From positions 1 through 55,340 of the forward strand of contig JAFQMP010000026.1 in assembly GCA_017396225.1 (NCBI GenBank): a DNA stretch of 55,340 bases, read 5' to 3'. The DNA comes from Clostridia bacterium. GTDB lineage: Bacteria; Bacillota; Clostridia; Oscillospirales; CAG-272. Shown one piece after another: positions 43,451 through 53,019 of the stretch. The notes under the pieces are model-generated. The model made no database searches. It saw only the letters and a program-made list of their open reading frames with translations, and was not told the origin of the DNA. Position numbers and translations under genes: made by a program. How positions within the stretch are numbered: the stretch's first letter is position 1; every line of letters starts with the position of its first letter.

Positions 43451-46081
43451 ATGCCGGAATTGGCGATTGCTCTTACAATAAAAAAAGACACCCCTGGGTG
43501 GCTGACCGCACTGCGCCGCTTCTGGCGCTCCCCCCTCTTTCACGCCCTGCTGCTGACCGTTTCGGCAGCGGCAATGGCTTTATCGCAATACCTTGATTTT
43601 CTGCGCACACCAAGCACCCCTGCCAAAGAGGGACTTGCAGGCACGGTGGTTGTCATCGGTGCAGCAATTCTGCTTGCCCTTCTGCTTGCCATTCTCGTTA
43701 CCGATGACGATATTCTCTCCACCACCACGCCGTTTTTACTCTTAACGGTGCTGGTTTCCTCCTGCTATGACGGCTACGCGCTCTTTGCGCCTTACATTCC
43801 CTTGGCTATTCCTGCCGCCGCAGCACTGATTTTTCACTTTGTCCGCTATCACGGAAGGCTCAGCTGCGGCACCTCTACCGCGCCCCTTTTTGCAGTATCC
43901 GTTGCCGTAACCGTAGGCGGCATTGGCTGTCTCAAGGCGACTGAATATTTTAACCCTGCCACCCTTTACTACATCGCAGGGCTCGGCTTTGGTATGCTGA
44001 TGCTTTATTTGCTGCTGCGCGCTTCGCTCACGCGCCCGCGCGACTACGATATGCGCCTGCTGCTGGTCCGCGCCCTCTACCTTGTCGGCATCTTTGCCGC
44101 CCTTTTTACCTTTACCTTTTACGCGGTACGCATAGAATGGCTCATCAGCGATTTGAAGCGTCTGGGGCACCCCCTGCTTTTCAGCATTGATAACCGCAAC
44201 GTCTACGCAACCTTTCTGCTCTTTGCCCTGCCCATGCCCTTCTACTATGCAGTGAAGAAAAGCGGCTGGCATCTTCTGTCTGCCCTGTTCTTCTACACCG
44301 CGCTCCTCGCAAGCGGCTCGCGCGGTGGTCTTGTCTGTGGCACGGCGCTCCTTGCCCTTTGCTTTATCTACCTGCTGCGCCGCGACGTCGCGCACCGCAG
44401 AAGAAATATTATCATTCTCGCCCTGCTTGCGCTCTGCGCGCTTGCCGCAGGCGGATTGCTGGTAAAATTCTTTACCGAACGCTTTCAGGACGGCTTTATC
44501 GTAAGTGACGAGCCACGCGTGCTCCTCTTAAAGCGCGCCCTCTCCGATTTTCTCTCCCACCCTGTTTTCGGCGTGGGACTTGGCTACACGGGTAACGCCG
44601 ATATTTACAACCCCAAAGCCTTTGCGATGAACTGGTATCACATGATGATACCGCAAATCGCAGCGGGGCTTGGCATCGTAGGCGTGCTTGCCTACACCTT
44701 CCTGTTCTGGCGTCGCGGTAAGTTGATGCTGCGCCGTGGCGATGCCCTTTCCCGTACACTTGCCCTTTCCTACATCGGTCTTTTCCTGATGTCACAGGTC
44801 AACCCGGGGGAATTCTGCCCCATGCCCTATGCGTTTCTCGGTATGCTTATCTTCCTCTTGCTTGAAATTGACGAGGAAAAGGACAGCGCCGCCGCCGCAA
44901 CAAAAGCCGAGAACGCCCTGAAGGCAACCCTGCATACCGCACTTTGGGGCGCGCCCCTGACCTTACCCGAAAACATCGACTATACCGCCCTGCTCGCACT
45001 TGCCGAGGCGCACATGATACACAGCGTGGTGGGCGAGGGACTTGGGGTACTTGCCGAAGATGCCCTGCCCGAAAGCACCCTGCAGGCATTGCAGGATAAA
45101 ACGCTTTTGGTCCTTCGTCACAACGAATTGCTTGCCTCCGCCAGAAATCAATTGCTTGATTTTCTTGCCGCGGAGCATATCCCTGCCGCAATCCTGAAGG
45201 GGGACGGCGTGGCAAGGCTTTATCCCACCCCTGACCTACGCGTATCGGGCGATATTGACCTGCTGCTTGCCGAAGGTGACCTGCCTCGCGCAGAAACACA
45301 CCTGCTCGCCTGCGGCTATCACAAATCGGACATGCCAAACGACCACCACACGGTCCTTAAAAAGGGAAATGTTAAAATTGAGCTGCACCTCACCCCTGCA
45401 GGTATTCCTATGGGTGAAATGGGCGAGAGGGTAACTGCCCTGCTTGCCGACACCCTTGACACGGCACGCCATGTTGCGCTCGGCGGTGCGTGCTTCCCTA
45501 TCCCTGCCCTGCAAAATCAGGCAATTATTCTGCTGTTGCATATGCAGCAGCACCTGCGCGAGGGCGGACTTGGCTTGCGCCAGCTTATGGACTGGACGCT
45601 TTTCCTTGCAAACGACCTTACCGCAGAGGCGCACGTGCCCCTCGCTGAGGCACTTGCAGAAATCGGCCTGCTCCGCTTTGCCGAGGCGGTTACGACAGCC
45701 GCAGTCCGTCACCTGGGGCTTGCCCCTGAAAAATCCCCCTTTGACGCGTGCGACAGTGCCCTTGCCGACGCGCTGTTTGCCGATATCCTTGCCGCAGGCA
45801 ACTTTGGTCGTGCCAATGCGAATTTTGCGGGCAGCGCCATTGTGACGCTTCACGGCAAGCGAGAAAAAAGCAGTCTTGCAACCGCACTTGCAGGTGTGAA
45901 GGAAAAATGTCTTGCCGAATGGCAAATAGCAGAAAAGCACCGCGCGCTGCTGATATTCCTGGTACCGTTCTGGATTGTACGCCGTATGCTGCGCGCGCCT
46001 GTAAAGCCACTCTCGATGCTCCGCTCCGCCTCGGCACGCGCGGCGCTCTACGACAAGCTCTCACTTTTCAAAAAGGATTAA
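43451..46081 (+). CDS. O-antigen ligase/Wzy_C-like multi-TM protein fused to an NTP_transf_5-like nucleotidyltransferase
   Basis: Many TMs with SGSRGG, R..L...A...F..HP.FGVGLG, WYH...QI....G.VG; C-terminal ILKG...A..YP.P..R..GDIDL, IELH, GLRQL.DW, AGNFG. Confidence 0.78.
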   Translation: MPELAIALTIKKDTPGWLTALRRFWRSPLFHALLLTVSAAAMALSQYLDFLRTPSTPAKEGLAGTVVVIGAAILLALLLAILVTDDDILSTTTPFLLLTVLVSSCYDGYALFAPYIPLAIPAAAALIFHFVRYHGRLSCGTSTAPLFAVSVAVTVGGIGCLKATEYFNPATLYYIAGLGFGMLMLYLLLRASLTRPRDYDMRLLLVRALYLVGIFAALFTFTFYAVRIEWLISDLKRLGHPLLFSIDNRNVYATFLLFALPMPFYYAVKKSGWHLLSALFFYTALLASGSRGGLVCGTALLALCFIYLLRRDVAHRRRNIIILALLALCALAAGGLLVKFFTERFQDGFIVSDEPRVLLLKRALSDFLSHPVFGVGLGYTGNADIYNPKAFAMNWYHMMIPQIAAGLGIVGVLAYTFLFWRRGKLMLRRGDALSRTLALSYIGLFLMSQVNPGEFCPMPYAFLGMLIFLLLEIDEEKDSAAAATKAENALKATLHTALWGAPLTLPENIDYTALLALAEAHMIHSVVGEGLGVLAEDALPESTLQALQDKTLLVLRHNELLASARNQLLDFLAAEHIPAAILKGDGVARLYPTPDLRVSGDIDLLLAEGDLPRAETHLLACGYHKSDMPNDHHTVLKKGNVKIELHLTPAGIPMGEMGERVTALLADTLDTARHVALGGACFPIPALQNQAIILLLHMQQHLREGGLGLRQLMDWTLFLANDLTAEAHVPLAEALAEIGLLRFAEAVTTAAVRHLGLAPEKSPFDACDSALADALFADILAAGNFGRANANFAGSAIVTLHGKREKSSLATALAGVKEKCLAEWQIAEKHRALLIFLVPFWIVRRMLRAPVKPLSMLRSASARAALYDKLSLFKKD

Positions 46082-46094
46082 CCCCGAAGAATTT

Positions 46095-46625
46095 ATGAAA
46101 AACAACATCATTTTAATCGGCATGCCTGCCGCAGGCAAAAGCACGGTGGGCGTGCTACTTGCCAAATCCCTTGGCTATCGCTTCCTTGACACCGATATTC
46201 TCATTCAGGAGAAAACCGGCCGTCTGCTCCATGAAATCATCGCCGCAGACGGGCTTGACCGCTTTCTTGAGATTGAAAGCGATGTCCTTTCGGCACTTGA
46301 CACCCAAAAAACCGTGATTGCCACGGGCGGTAGCGCCGTATACGGCAAGGCGGCTATGGCGCACTTAAAGAAACTCGGTCACGTCATTTATCTGAAAATC
46401 AGCTTTGCATCACTCACCGAAAGGCTTGGCGACTACGTCAACCGCGGCGTGGTGCTGCGCCCCGGCATGACCCTGTCGGACCTCTACCTGGAGCGCGAAG
46501 CTCTCTACGAACGCTATGCCGATGCCACGGTAGATGAGGACGCACTTGCCGCAGGCCTTACCGAAACCACCGCAGCGGTCATCGCGCTTACCCACGGGTT
46601 TTTGCAAAACACAACGAAAAAGTAA
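46095..46625 (+). CDS. aroK: Shikimate kinase
   Basis: LIGMPAAGKST, FLDTD, VIATGGS, ER..LY..YAD. Confidence 0.92.
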   Translation: MKNNIILIGMPAAGKSTVGVLLAKSLGYRFLDTDILIQEKTGRLLHEIIAADGLDRFLEIESDVLSALDTQKTVIATGGSAVYGKAAMAHLKKLGHVIYLKISFASLTERLGDYVNRGVVLRPGMTLSDLYLEREALYERYADATVDEDALAAGLTETTAAVIALTHGFLQNTTKK

Positions 46626-46705
46626 AAGAGTAGCAAAATTTTTGCTACTCTTTTACAATGTCATAAAAACCCATGTGAAAGACGCCCATTGAGAGCGTCC
46701 TTTTT
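46622..46705. terminator. Two hairpins between convergent genes
   Basis: gtaaaagagtagcaaaa/ttttgctactcttttac (46622-46656) and gacgc..gcgtcctttt (46681-46705). Confidence 0.7.
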
Positions 46706-46706
46706 C

Positions 46707-48047
46707 TTATTCTTTTAACACGCGCACGCGCGTGACACCGTATTTTTGGAAAAGTGCCTGGGCGGCAGCATCAATCACCTCGCCACTCATGAGAATCGGC
46801 ACAGCAGGGGGACAGGCTACCGTAGGAGCTGCCAGCACACGCCCAAGGGCAAGCGCCACATCAATTTCCTCGGCAGGCGCCAACAGCGCCTCGCGCGGCG
46901 TGCAAGCAAGAGCAGGGCGCGACAGGGGCGGTGCCTCCTTCACACGCGGCGCTTGCGGCACAACCGATAGCAGTGCCCTCTCCAACAAATCAAGCTCACC
47001 CTCGGTATTGGCGGGCGAAATCATCAGCACCAGGAAATCCTTATCGGCAAATTCCGGCTCAATGCCCTTCTCACGCAAGGTATCGGCAAGCGCCTCGCCC
47101 GTATAGCCGCAGGCGGCGGCATCAAGGGTCAGCTTCAGGGGCTCATCACCATAAAGGGCAAGTCCGTTTTCTGCAAGCCTTTTGCGCGTTTTTTCAATAC
47201 GTAAAACAGTTTTGGCAAGTGCCTCGCCGTACCCTGTCGCCAAGGTGCGGTTGCAAAGGTCAAGCGAGCCAAGCACCAGGTAAGAGGGACTGGTGGAAGC
47301 AAAGAGCGAGAGTGCGGCAGGCGCACCCGCAACGTATTTTAAGGGCGCGTCCTTTGCAATATGCAGATACGCTGCACCTGTAAGCGCCGAGAGGGTTTTG
47401 TGCGCAGAATCAGCGCACATCGTTGCGCCCAAATCCATCGGGTGACGAGAGGGCGAGAGAAAACGCAAATACGCGCCGTGTGCGTTGTCGACCAACAACG
47501 GCACGCCATACCGCTTACAAACAGCGGCTATCCCCGCCACGTCTGCCACATTGCCGAGATAATCGGGTGATGTCAGATATACCGCCTGCGGCAGCATCTG
47601 CTCTGCGGCAAGTGCTTTTTCCACCTCGCGGACGGTCAGGGGGCAGGCGCATAGGTGCGCAGTCCCACGGGGCATCAACCACGTAATATCCATATCAAGG
47701 AGCGCCGCGCCATACAAAAACGCCTTATGCGCATTGCGCGCAGCCAACACGCGCGGGCGCGCGCCCTTCGGTACATCGGCGGCAACCAAAGCCAGCATTG
47801 CCTTAATGGCAAGGGTGGAGCCCTCGGTAGAATAGAGCGTAGCCGCCGTGCCGAAAAGCGCGGTAGCGTTTGCCATACTATCGGCAATCACGCCGTCGGC
47901 GTGATAAAGCACGTCGGCACCCTGTACCTCGGTGATATCAAAGCGCGCGGCGTCAAGCGCGCCGCGCCCCTTGTGACCGGGCATATGAAAGCGTGCGATA
48001 TCGCGCGCTGCGTAGCCCTTCAAAAAATCAACAATCGGTGTTTTCAT
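46707..48047 (-). CDS. Orn/Lys/Arg decarboxylase family PLP enzyme (YaaO-like)
   Basis: FHMPGHKG, DITE, ARNAHK, TSPDY.G, VDNAHGA, DSAHKTL, STSPSY, PPAVPI...GEVI. Confidence 0.88.
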   Translation of the reverse strand: MKTPIVDFLKGYAARDIARFHMPGHKGRGALDAARFDITEVQGADVLYHADGVIADSMANATALFGTAATLYSTEGSTLAIKAMLALVAADVPKGARPRVLAARNAHKAFLYGAALLDMDITWLMPRGTAHLCACPLTVREVEKALAAEQMLPQAVYLTSPDYLGNVADVAGIAAVCKRYGVPLLVDNAHGAYLRFLSPSRHPMDLGATMCADSAHKTLSALTGAAYLHIAKDAPLKYVAGAPAALSLFASTSPSYLVLGSLDLCNRTLATGYGEALAKTVLRIEKTRKRLAENGLALYGDEPLKLTLDAAACGYTGEALADTLREKGIEPEFADKDFLVLMISPANTEGELDLLERALLSVVPQAPRVKEAPPLSRPALACTPREALLAPAEEIDVALALGRVLAAPTVACPPAVPILMSGEVIDAAAQALFQKYGVTRVRVLKE

Positions 48048-49423
48048 TTTTTATCCATTGCACGCGCAACCTGCATCATCACGGCACACTCCATACGCTT
48101 CTTGAAAAGCTTGCAGCCGTATTCGTAAATGCCACCGATGCTCCCCGTTGCGTGATAGGAGTTCGCCGCACAACCGCCCGAGCAATACATTCTTGCCCAG
48201 CAATCACGGCAGCCCTCGCGGGCATAAGCGTTGCAGGAGCGGAACTCGTCCTGCACGGCGGTGTTGGTGACACCATTCCAGACGTCGCCCAGGCGGTATT
48301 TTTCATCACCGACAAACTGGTGGCAGGGATAAAGCTCGCCCGCAGGTGTCACAGCCATATATTCCGTGCCGGAGCCGCAGCCCGTAATGCGCTTGTAAAT
48401 GCAGGGGCCGTGCTTGAGGTCAAGCATATAGTGGTAGAAGGTAATGGGGCGGCCCTCGCGCTCGCGCTTGAGCATCTCGGTGGCAAGCAGCTCGTACTGC
48501 TCAAAGAGCACAGGCAAATCCTCCTCCGTGAGCGCATAGGGGTCATCGGGAGGACAGACAACAGGCTCCATGCTAAGCTCGGTAAAGCCGAGGTCTGCCA
48601 TATGAAAGAGGTCATTTGTAAAATCGGTATTGTTGTGGGTAAAGGTGCCACGCACGTAGTATCCCTTGCCGCCGCGCGAGGCAACCAGCTGCTGGAACTT
48701 GGGTACAATCACCTCGTAGCTGCCCTTACCTGCCGCATTCTTGCGGAAATGGTCATTCACCTCAGGACGGCCGTCAAGCGACAACACCACGTTGCTCATC
48801 TCGCGGTTGAGGAATGCCATCGTCTCCTCATCAAGCGCCACACCGTTGGTGGTAAAGGTAAAGCGGAAATTCTTGCCCGCAGCCTTCTCCACCTCACGTG
48901 CATAAGCAACAAGCTTTTTCACCACATCGAGGTTCAGGGTGGGCTCACCGCCGAAAAAGTCAACCTCCAGGTTGCGGCGCGTACCCGAATTGGCAATCAG
49001 GAAATCAAACGCCTGCTTGCCGACCTCAAAGCTCATCAACGCGTCCTTGCCCTGATATTTGCCCTGCCCTGCAAAGCAATATTCACAGCAAAGGTTACAG
49101 GCGTGCGCCACGTGCAGGCAGAGCGCCTTCACGACCTTGCTGTTGTTTTTATAATCGCGCGCAAGTCCCTCGTAGGGGTCTGCGGAAAAGAGCTTGCCCA
49201 GGCGCTTCAGCTCGGCAACGTCTGCAAGGCAAAGCTCCAGCTCCTCGCGCGTCACGTCAGGACGGTCGGCGTATTTTTCAAGCATTGCGGCAATGATTTC
49301 CTCAGTGCTATACGCCTCATACATCGCAATGACGTCATACGCCACCTCGTCCACGGCGTGTACCGAGCCGCTGGCGGTATCAAGGACGATGTTATATCCG
49401 TTTAATTTGTATTGATGTACCAT
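48044..49423 (-). CDS. scfB: SCIFF ranthipeptide radical SAM/SPASM maturase
   Basis: MVHQYKLNGYNIVLD..SG..H N-terminus, CNLCCEYC, DFFGGEP, GCGSG.EY..V...G.LYPCHQF, C..CWA..YCSGGC.AN. Confidence 0.95.
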   Translation of the reverse strand: MVHQYKLNGYNIVLDTASGSVHAVDEVAYDVIAMYEAYSTEEIIAAMLEKYADRPDVTREELELCLADVAELKRLGKLFSADPYEGLARDYKNNSKVVKALCLHVAHACNLCCEYCFAGQGKYQGKDALMSFEVGKQAFDFLIANSGTRRNLEVDFFGGEPTLNLDVVKKLVAYAREVEKAAGKNFRFTFTTNGVALDEETMAFLNREMSNVVLSLDGRPEVNDHFRKNAAGKGSYEVIVPKFQQLVASRGGKGYYVRGTFTHNNTDFTNDLFHMADLGFTELSMEPVVCPPDDPYALTEEDLPVLFEQYELLATEMLKREREGRPITFYHYMLDLKHGPCIYKRITGCGSGTEYMAVTPAGELYPCHQFVGDEKYRLGDVWNGVTNTAVQDEFRSCNAYAREGCRDCWARMYCSGGCAANSYHATGSIGGIYEYGCKLFKKRMECAVMMQVARAMDKK

Positions 49424-49445
49424 ATCAAAAGCCTTTCTGAAAGAC

Positions 49446-49473
49446 AAAACGCTGCCCCGAAAGACAGCGTTTT
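49446..49473 (-). terminator. Hairpin between scfA and scfB (attenuator or stabiliser)
   Basis: aaaacgctg-ccccgaaaga-cagcgtttt. Confidence 0.55.
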
Positions 49474-49487
49474 ATGTCGGGGTGAGA

Positions 49488-49628
49488 TTACTTGCTCTCG
49501 CACTGCTGATTTGCAACACCGCAGGAGGTCTTGCAAGCGGACTGGCAGGAGGTCTGGCACTCACCGCAGCCACCGGTCGTTACGGTAGCGGCAATGTCTT
49601 TGGTTTCAATAGTGGTAATTCTTTTCAT
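49488..49628 (-). CDS. scfA: Six-cysteine ranthipeptide precursor SCIFF
   Basis: 46 aa MKRI...GGCGECQTSCQSACKTSCGVANQQCE; AAGGAG RBS. Confidence 0.96.
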   Translation of the reverse strand: MKRITTIETKDIAATVTTGGCGECQTSCQSACKTSCGVANQQCESK

Positions 49629-49750
49629 GAGAATACACTCCTTTAATGATTTACAGATAAATTTTAGCACAAAAGCCCTGCCTTGTCAATATAATTTTTG
49701 CTTTTCTCCATACAAAACAGAAGCAGACGTTCACGGCACCGTCATAGCAG

Positions 49751-50062
49751 CTATTTTTTTACCAATCCTTTCACCAAAACCTGTATACTATCAAGCTGAT
49801 TTTCATCAAGACGCTTCAAATCACTCAAAAGCGCGGAAAGCTTTTCAGGTGTCGCAGAGTCGATATCAAAAAATTCCGCAGGTGTAATGCCGAGGTAATC
49901 ACAAATAAAGAAAAACGCCTGCATGGACGGTAACGCTTTCCCGCTTTCAATGTTATTGATGTAGCCGGGATTTTGTCCAATCGACAAGCTCATATCTCTG
50001 GCAGAAACGCCTTTTTTATTACGCAAGCGCGCCAAACGAACCGAAAACTCCTCCGCATACAT
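49751..50062 (-). CDS. XRE-family HTH transcriptional regulator
   Basis: RLARLR..KGVSARDMSLSIGQNPGYINNIESGK..PS. Confidence 0.9.
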   Translation of the reverse strand: MYAEEFSVRLARLRNKKGVSARDMSLSIGQNPGYINNIESGKALPSMQAFFFICDYLGITPAEFFDIDSATPEKLSALLSDLKRLDENQLDSIQVLVKGLVKK

Positions 50063-50140
50063 ATCTCGTCACCGCCTTCCTCTATATATTATTGTATCCT
50101 ACACATAACATTTTTCCAAGGATTATTTCCGTGAAAACAC

Positions 50141-50169
50141 TTGACATATCGCTTTATAAATGATATAAT
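50141..50169 (+). promoter_or_regulatory. Consensus sigma-A promoter
   Basis: TTGACA-17 nt-TATAAT with TGn. Confidence 0.8.
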
Positions 50170-50270
50170 GGTGCAAAACAGCAGAATAAATCTGATAATT
50201 CACCTTTTTGAGTGCCATACTAAATACAATGGCAATTTCTACCGCAATATTCTTTGAAAGGACGACACTT

Positions 50271-51044
50271 ATGAAAGCCAAATCTCTCATTCCCCCGATT
50301 GTTTCAAACATTGTCAACTTTGTCACACAGCTGCTCCTAATCATTTTCTGCTGTGTACAAGACGCCGTAATCGTAACCTACCATTATTCCTCTTATTATT
50401 CCGGGAGTTCCTCTCATAGCTATCTATATAATTTCTTTGAATCGATGATTGAGACCGATTTCGGCATTTTACTCCTGATCTTTTTGGCTCAGGTGATGTT
50501 CTTCTTGCTGCTCTGGTCCTTCCTTTGTCTGGTGCGTGCAGTGCGCGTTCCCTGCCACAAGCTCTTCATCACCCTCTACTCTCTGCAGTGTGCCTTCATT
50601 TTCCTGGCACTGATTACCGCGGCAGTAGATGGCCAACTCATTGAGGGACTTTTCTACTGGATTGTCTTCTTTGCACACCTGCAGTTGGCATACGCCATTG
50701 TCAACCGTGCCACCACCAAAAAAACTGATGCTGCACCCGAAACAAGACACCAACAGCCCGCATATCAGCAGCCTGCATATCAGCAGCCTGCATATCAACC
50801 TCCTGTGACACCTATCGCAACCTGCCGACAGTGCGGCAGCGCCACCAATGGTGCAAAATTCTGCCCCAATTGCGGCAGCACACAAGCAGCACCCACCCCA
50901 CAGGCTACAACATCAATTCCCGCCTTTTGCCCACAGTGCGGTGCAAAAACACCCGGCACCAACTTCTGCAGCATTTGCGGCACAAGGCTGACCGCCACTG
51001 CATCAACACCCGCAAATGAAACGCCCAAAAACGTTTTCGATTAA
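50271..51044 (+). CDS. Four-TM membrane protein with Q/P-rich linker and double zinc-ribbon C-terminus
   Basis: Hydrophobic N-half; CRQCG...FCPNCG and FCPQCG...FCSICG; AAAGGA RBS before MKAKS. Confidence 0.78.
   Translation: MKAKSLIPPIVSNIVNFVTQLLLIIFCCVQDAVIVTYHYSSYYSGSSSHSYLYNFFESMIETDFGILLLIFLAQVMFFLLLWSFLCLVRAVRVPCHKLFITLYSLQCAFIFLALITAAVDGQLIEGLFYWIVFFAHLQLAYAIVNRATTKKTDAAPETRHQQPAYQQPAYQQPAYQPPVTPIATCRQCGSATNGAKFCPNCGSTQAAPTPQATTSIPAFCPQCGAKTPGTNFCSICGTRLTATASTPANETPKNVFD
50751..50795 (+). repeat. Intragenic 15-bp tandem repeat x3 (QQPAY)
   Basis: caacagcccgcatat cagcagcctgcatat cagcagcctgcatat. Confidence 0.9.
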
Positions 51045-51052
51045 ACCAACGC

Positions 51053-51087
51053 AAAAAAGAACAGGTCACACGACCTGTTCTTTTTTT
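51053..51087. terminator. Bidirectional intrinsic terminator
   Basis: aaaaaagaacaggtc-acac-gacctgttctttttt. Confidence 0.88.
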
Positions 51088-51090
51088 ATC

Positions 51091-51408
51091 TCAAAGCACC
51101 ACCGCAGGCTCACCCGCGGCAATCTCCTCCTCCATGGGGGCCTCTGCCGCAGTGGCAAGCGCCTCCTCATAGGCGGTAATTACAGCATCTTCGAGCATCG
51201 CGCGGAACTGTGCGTTAATGGGGTGCACAATATCGCGATAGGTCTCATCAGGATTTTTACGGCTGGGCATCACGATAAAGTGACGGTCTCTTGCGTGAAT
51301 CACCTTGATGTCGTGCACGGCAAGCTGGCTGTCAAAGGTAACGGACACAACTGCCTTCATTGGTCCCTCATCAAACAATTTACGGATTTTAATATCGGTA
51401 ATCTGCAT
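51091..51408 (-). CDS. spoVG: Septation regulator SpoVG
   Basis: MQITDIKIRK...MKAVVSVTFD..AVHDIKVI...MPSRK...YRDIVHPIN. Confidence 0.95.
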   Translation of the reverse strand: MQITDIKIRKLFDEGPMKAVVSVTFDSQLAVHDIKVIHARDRHFIVMPSRKNPDETYRDIVHPINAQFRAMLEDAVITAYEEALATAAEAPMEEEIAAGEPAVVL

Positions 51409-51569
51409 TTTTGCCTCCTTGAAGTTTGCTCCGAAATTGGTATTTCTTACATGGGTTTAGTATACATTGAATTTGTGGAGATTATTCAAGCAAACTGTGT
51501 GGATTTTGTGAAAAAGTTTGACGAAAAAACGGCTTATCTGAAATTTCCCGACAGGAAAGGTGGTTTTTT

Positions 51570-52973
51570 GTGATGTCCTTAGAAAACACAACACACACGC
51601 CGCGTGAGGCTGCCGCCCTGCTGCAAGGTGTCAGCGCACTCTGGTTTATCGGCATCGGCGGCGTACACATGTCGGCGCTTGCCCTGCTCGCGCGTGCACG
51701 CGGCTTCCGCGTCGCGGGCTCCGACCGCGCGGAAAACGAGCATACCGCAAGGCTGCGGCAATCGGGCGTGACAGTCTATATCGGTCATAACGCTGCCCAT
51801 ATGATAGGCGCGGAGGCTGTCGTCTATACCCTTGCCATCGCAGAGGATAACCCTGAATATCAGGCAGCCGTCAATCTCTCTCTGCCGCTTTTTTCCCGCG
51901 CCGATTTTTTGGGCTATCTTGCCGCCTCTCATCGGGCACGCATCGGTATCGCAGGCACACACGGCAAAAGCACGGTCACTGCTATGCTGGGGGAATCGCT
52001 CTGGCGCATGGGACGGCTGCCAAACATACTCTGCGGTGCCACCATGCGCGCCTTTGACGCGCCGTTTTTTGTGGGCGGCGGGGAGGAATTTTTGTTTGAG
52101 GCCTGTGAGTATAAAGACTCCTTTCTCTGCCTTTCCCCCACCCTCGCCGTCATTTTGAATGCCGAGCTTGACCACGTGGATTTTTTTGAAAATGAGCACG
52201 CCGTAAGAAACGCCTTTGCCAATTTCGCCAAGGGTGCAGAAGATGTACTGCTGCCCGCAGAGGACACCGCGCTCTGCGCTCTGGTGAGGGACAAGGGGAA
52301 AAAGCCACTCACCTTCGGGCTTGCCACAGGTGATTATCACGCAGCAAATCTCACTGAGGGCAGGGCGGGCTATTCCTTTGATGTGATCGCGCCACAGGGC
52401 GCACTCGGGCGCATCACGCTTTCCGTTCCGGGACTGCACAACGTCAAAAACGCACTGGCGGCCGCTGCTGCCGCATTACTTTGCGGCGTGTCCCCTGCTG
52501 ACCTGCTCCCCGCGCTTGCCGCCTTCCAAGGTATAAAAAGACGCATGGAATACAAAGGAATTTTTTGCGGTGCCACCGTATTTGATGATTACGCCCACCA
52601 CCCCACCGAAATAGAGGTCTCCTTAAAAGCAGCACGCACACTACTGGGAAAAGGACGACTTTTTGTCCTGTTTCAATCGCACACCTACTCTCGCACGCGC
52701 GCGTTCTTTACGGAAATTGCAGGTGCACTGCGTGACGCCGACCGCGTCATTATCGCCGATATTTACCCCGCACGTGAGCGCGCCCACCTCGGTATGACCG
52801 CCACAGGGCTTGCAAGAGCAATCGGCGCGCACGCAAGCTACGAGGGGGGCTTTGCCGACATGACCGCCACGCTGGCACGTGAGCTTGCCCCGGGCGATCT
52901 GCTGCTTGTCATGGGCGCGGGCGATATTGACCGCATTTTCGGATTATTTTGGGCAAAGGGCTTTACATTATAA
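51570..52973 (+). CDS. murC: UDP-N-acetylmuramate--L-alanine ligase
   Basis: FIGIGG..MS.LA, AGTHGKST, EACEY, N.ELDH, DDYAHHPTEI, FQSHTYSRT, MGAGDI. Confidence 0.95.
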   Translation: MMSLENTTHTPREAAALLQGVSALWFIGIGGVHMSALALLARARGFRVAGSDRAENEHTARLRQSGVTVYIGHNAAHMIGAEAVVYTLAIAEDNPEYQAAVNLSLPLFSRADFLGYLAASHRARIGIAGTHGKSTVTAMLGESLWRMGRLPNILCGATMRAFDAPFFVGGGEEFLFEACEYKDSFLCLSPTLAVILNAELDHVDFFENEHAVRNAFANFAKGAEDVLLPAEDTALCALVRDKGKKPLTFGLATGDYHAANLTEGRAGYSFDVIAPQGALGRITLSVPGLHNVKNALAAAAAALLCGVSPADLLPALAAFQGIKRRMEYKGIFCGATVFDDYAHHPTEIEVSLKAARTLLGKGRLFVLFQSHTYSRTRAFFTEIAGALRDADRVIIADIYPARERAHLGMTATGLARAIGAHASYEGGFADMTATLARELAPGDLLLVMGAGDIDRIFGLFWAKGFTL

Positions 52974-53019
52974 CAAAAATCGGCTAAAATAAAGGACAGT
53001 ATAAAAAGGAGGCTTTGCG

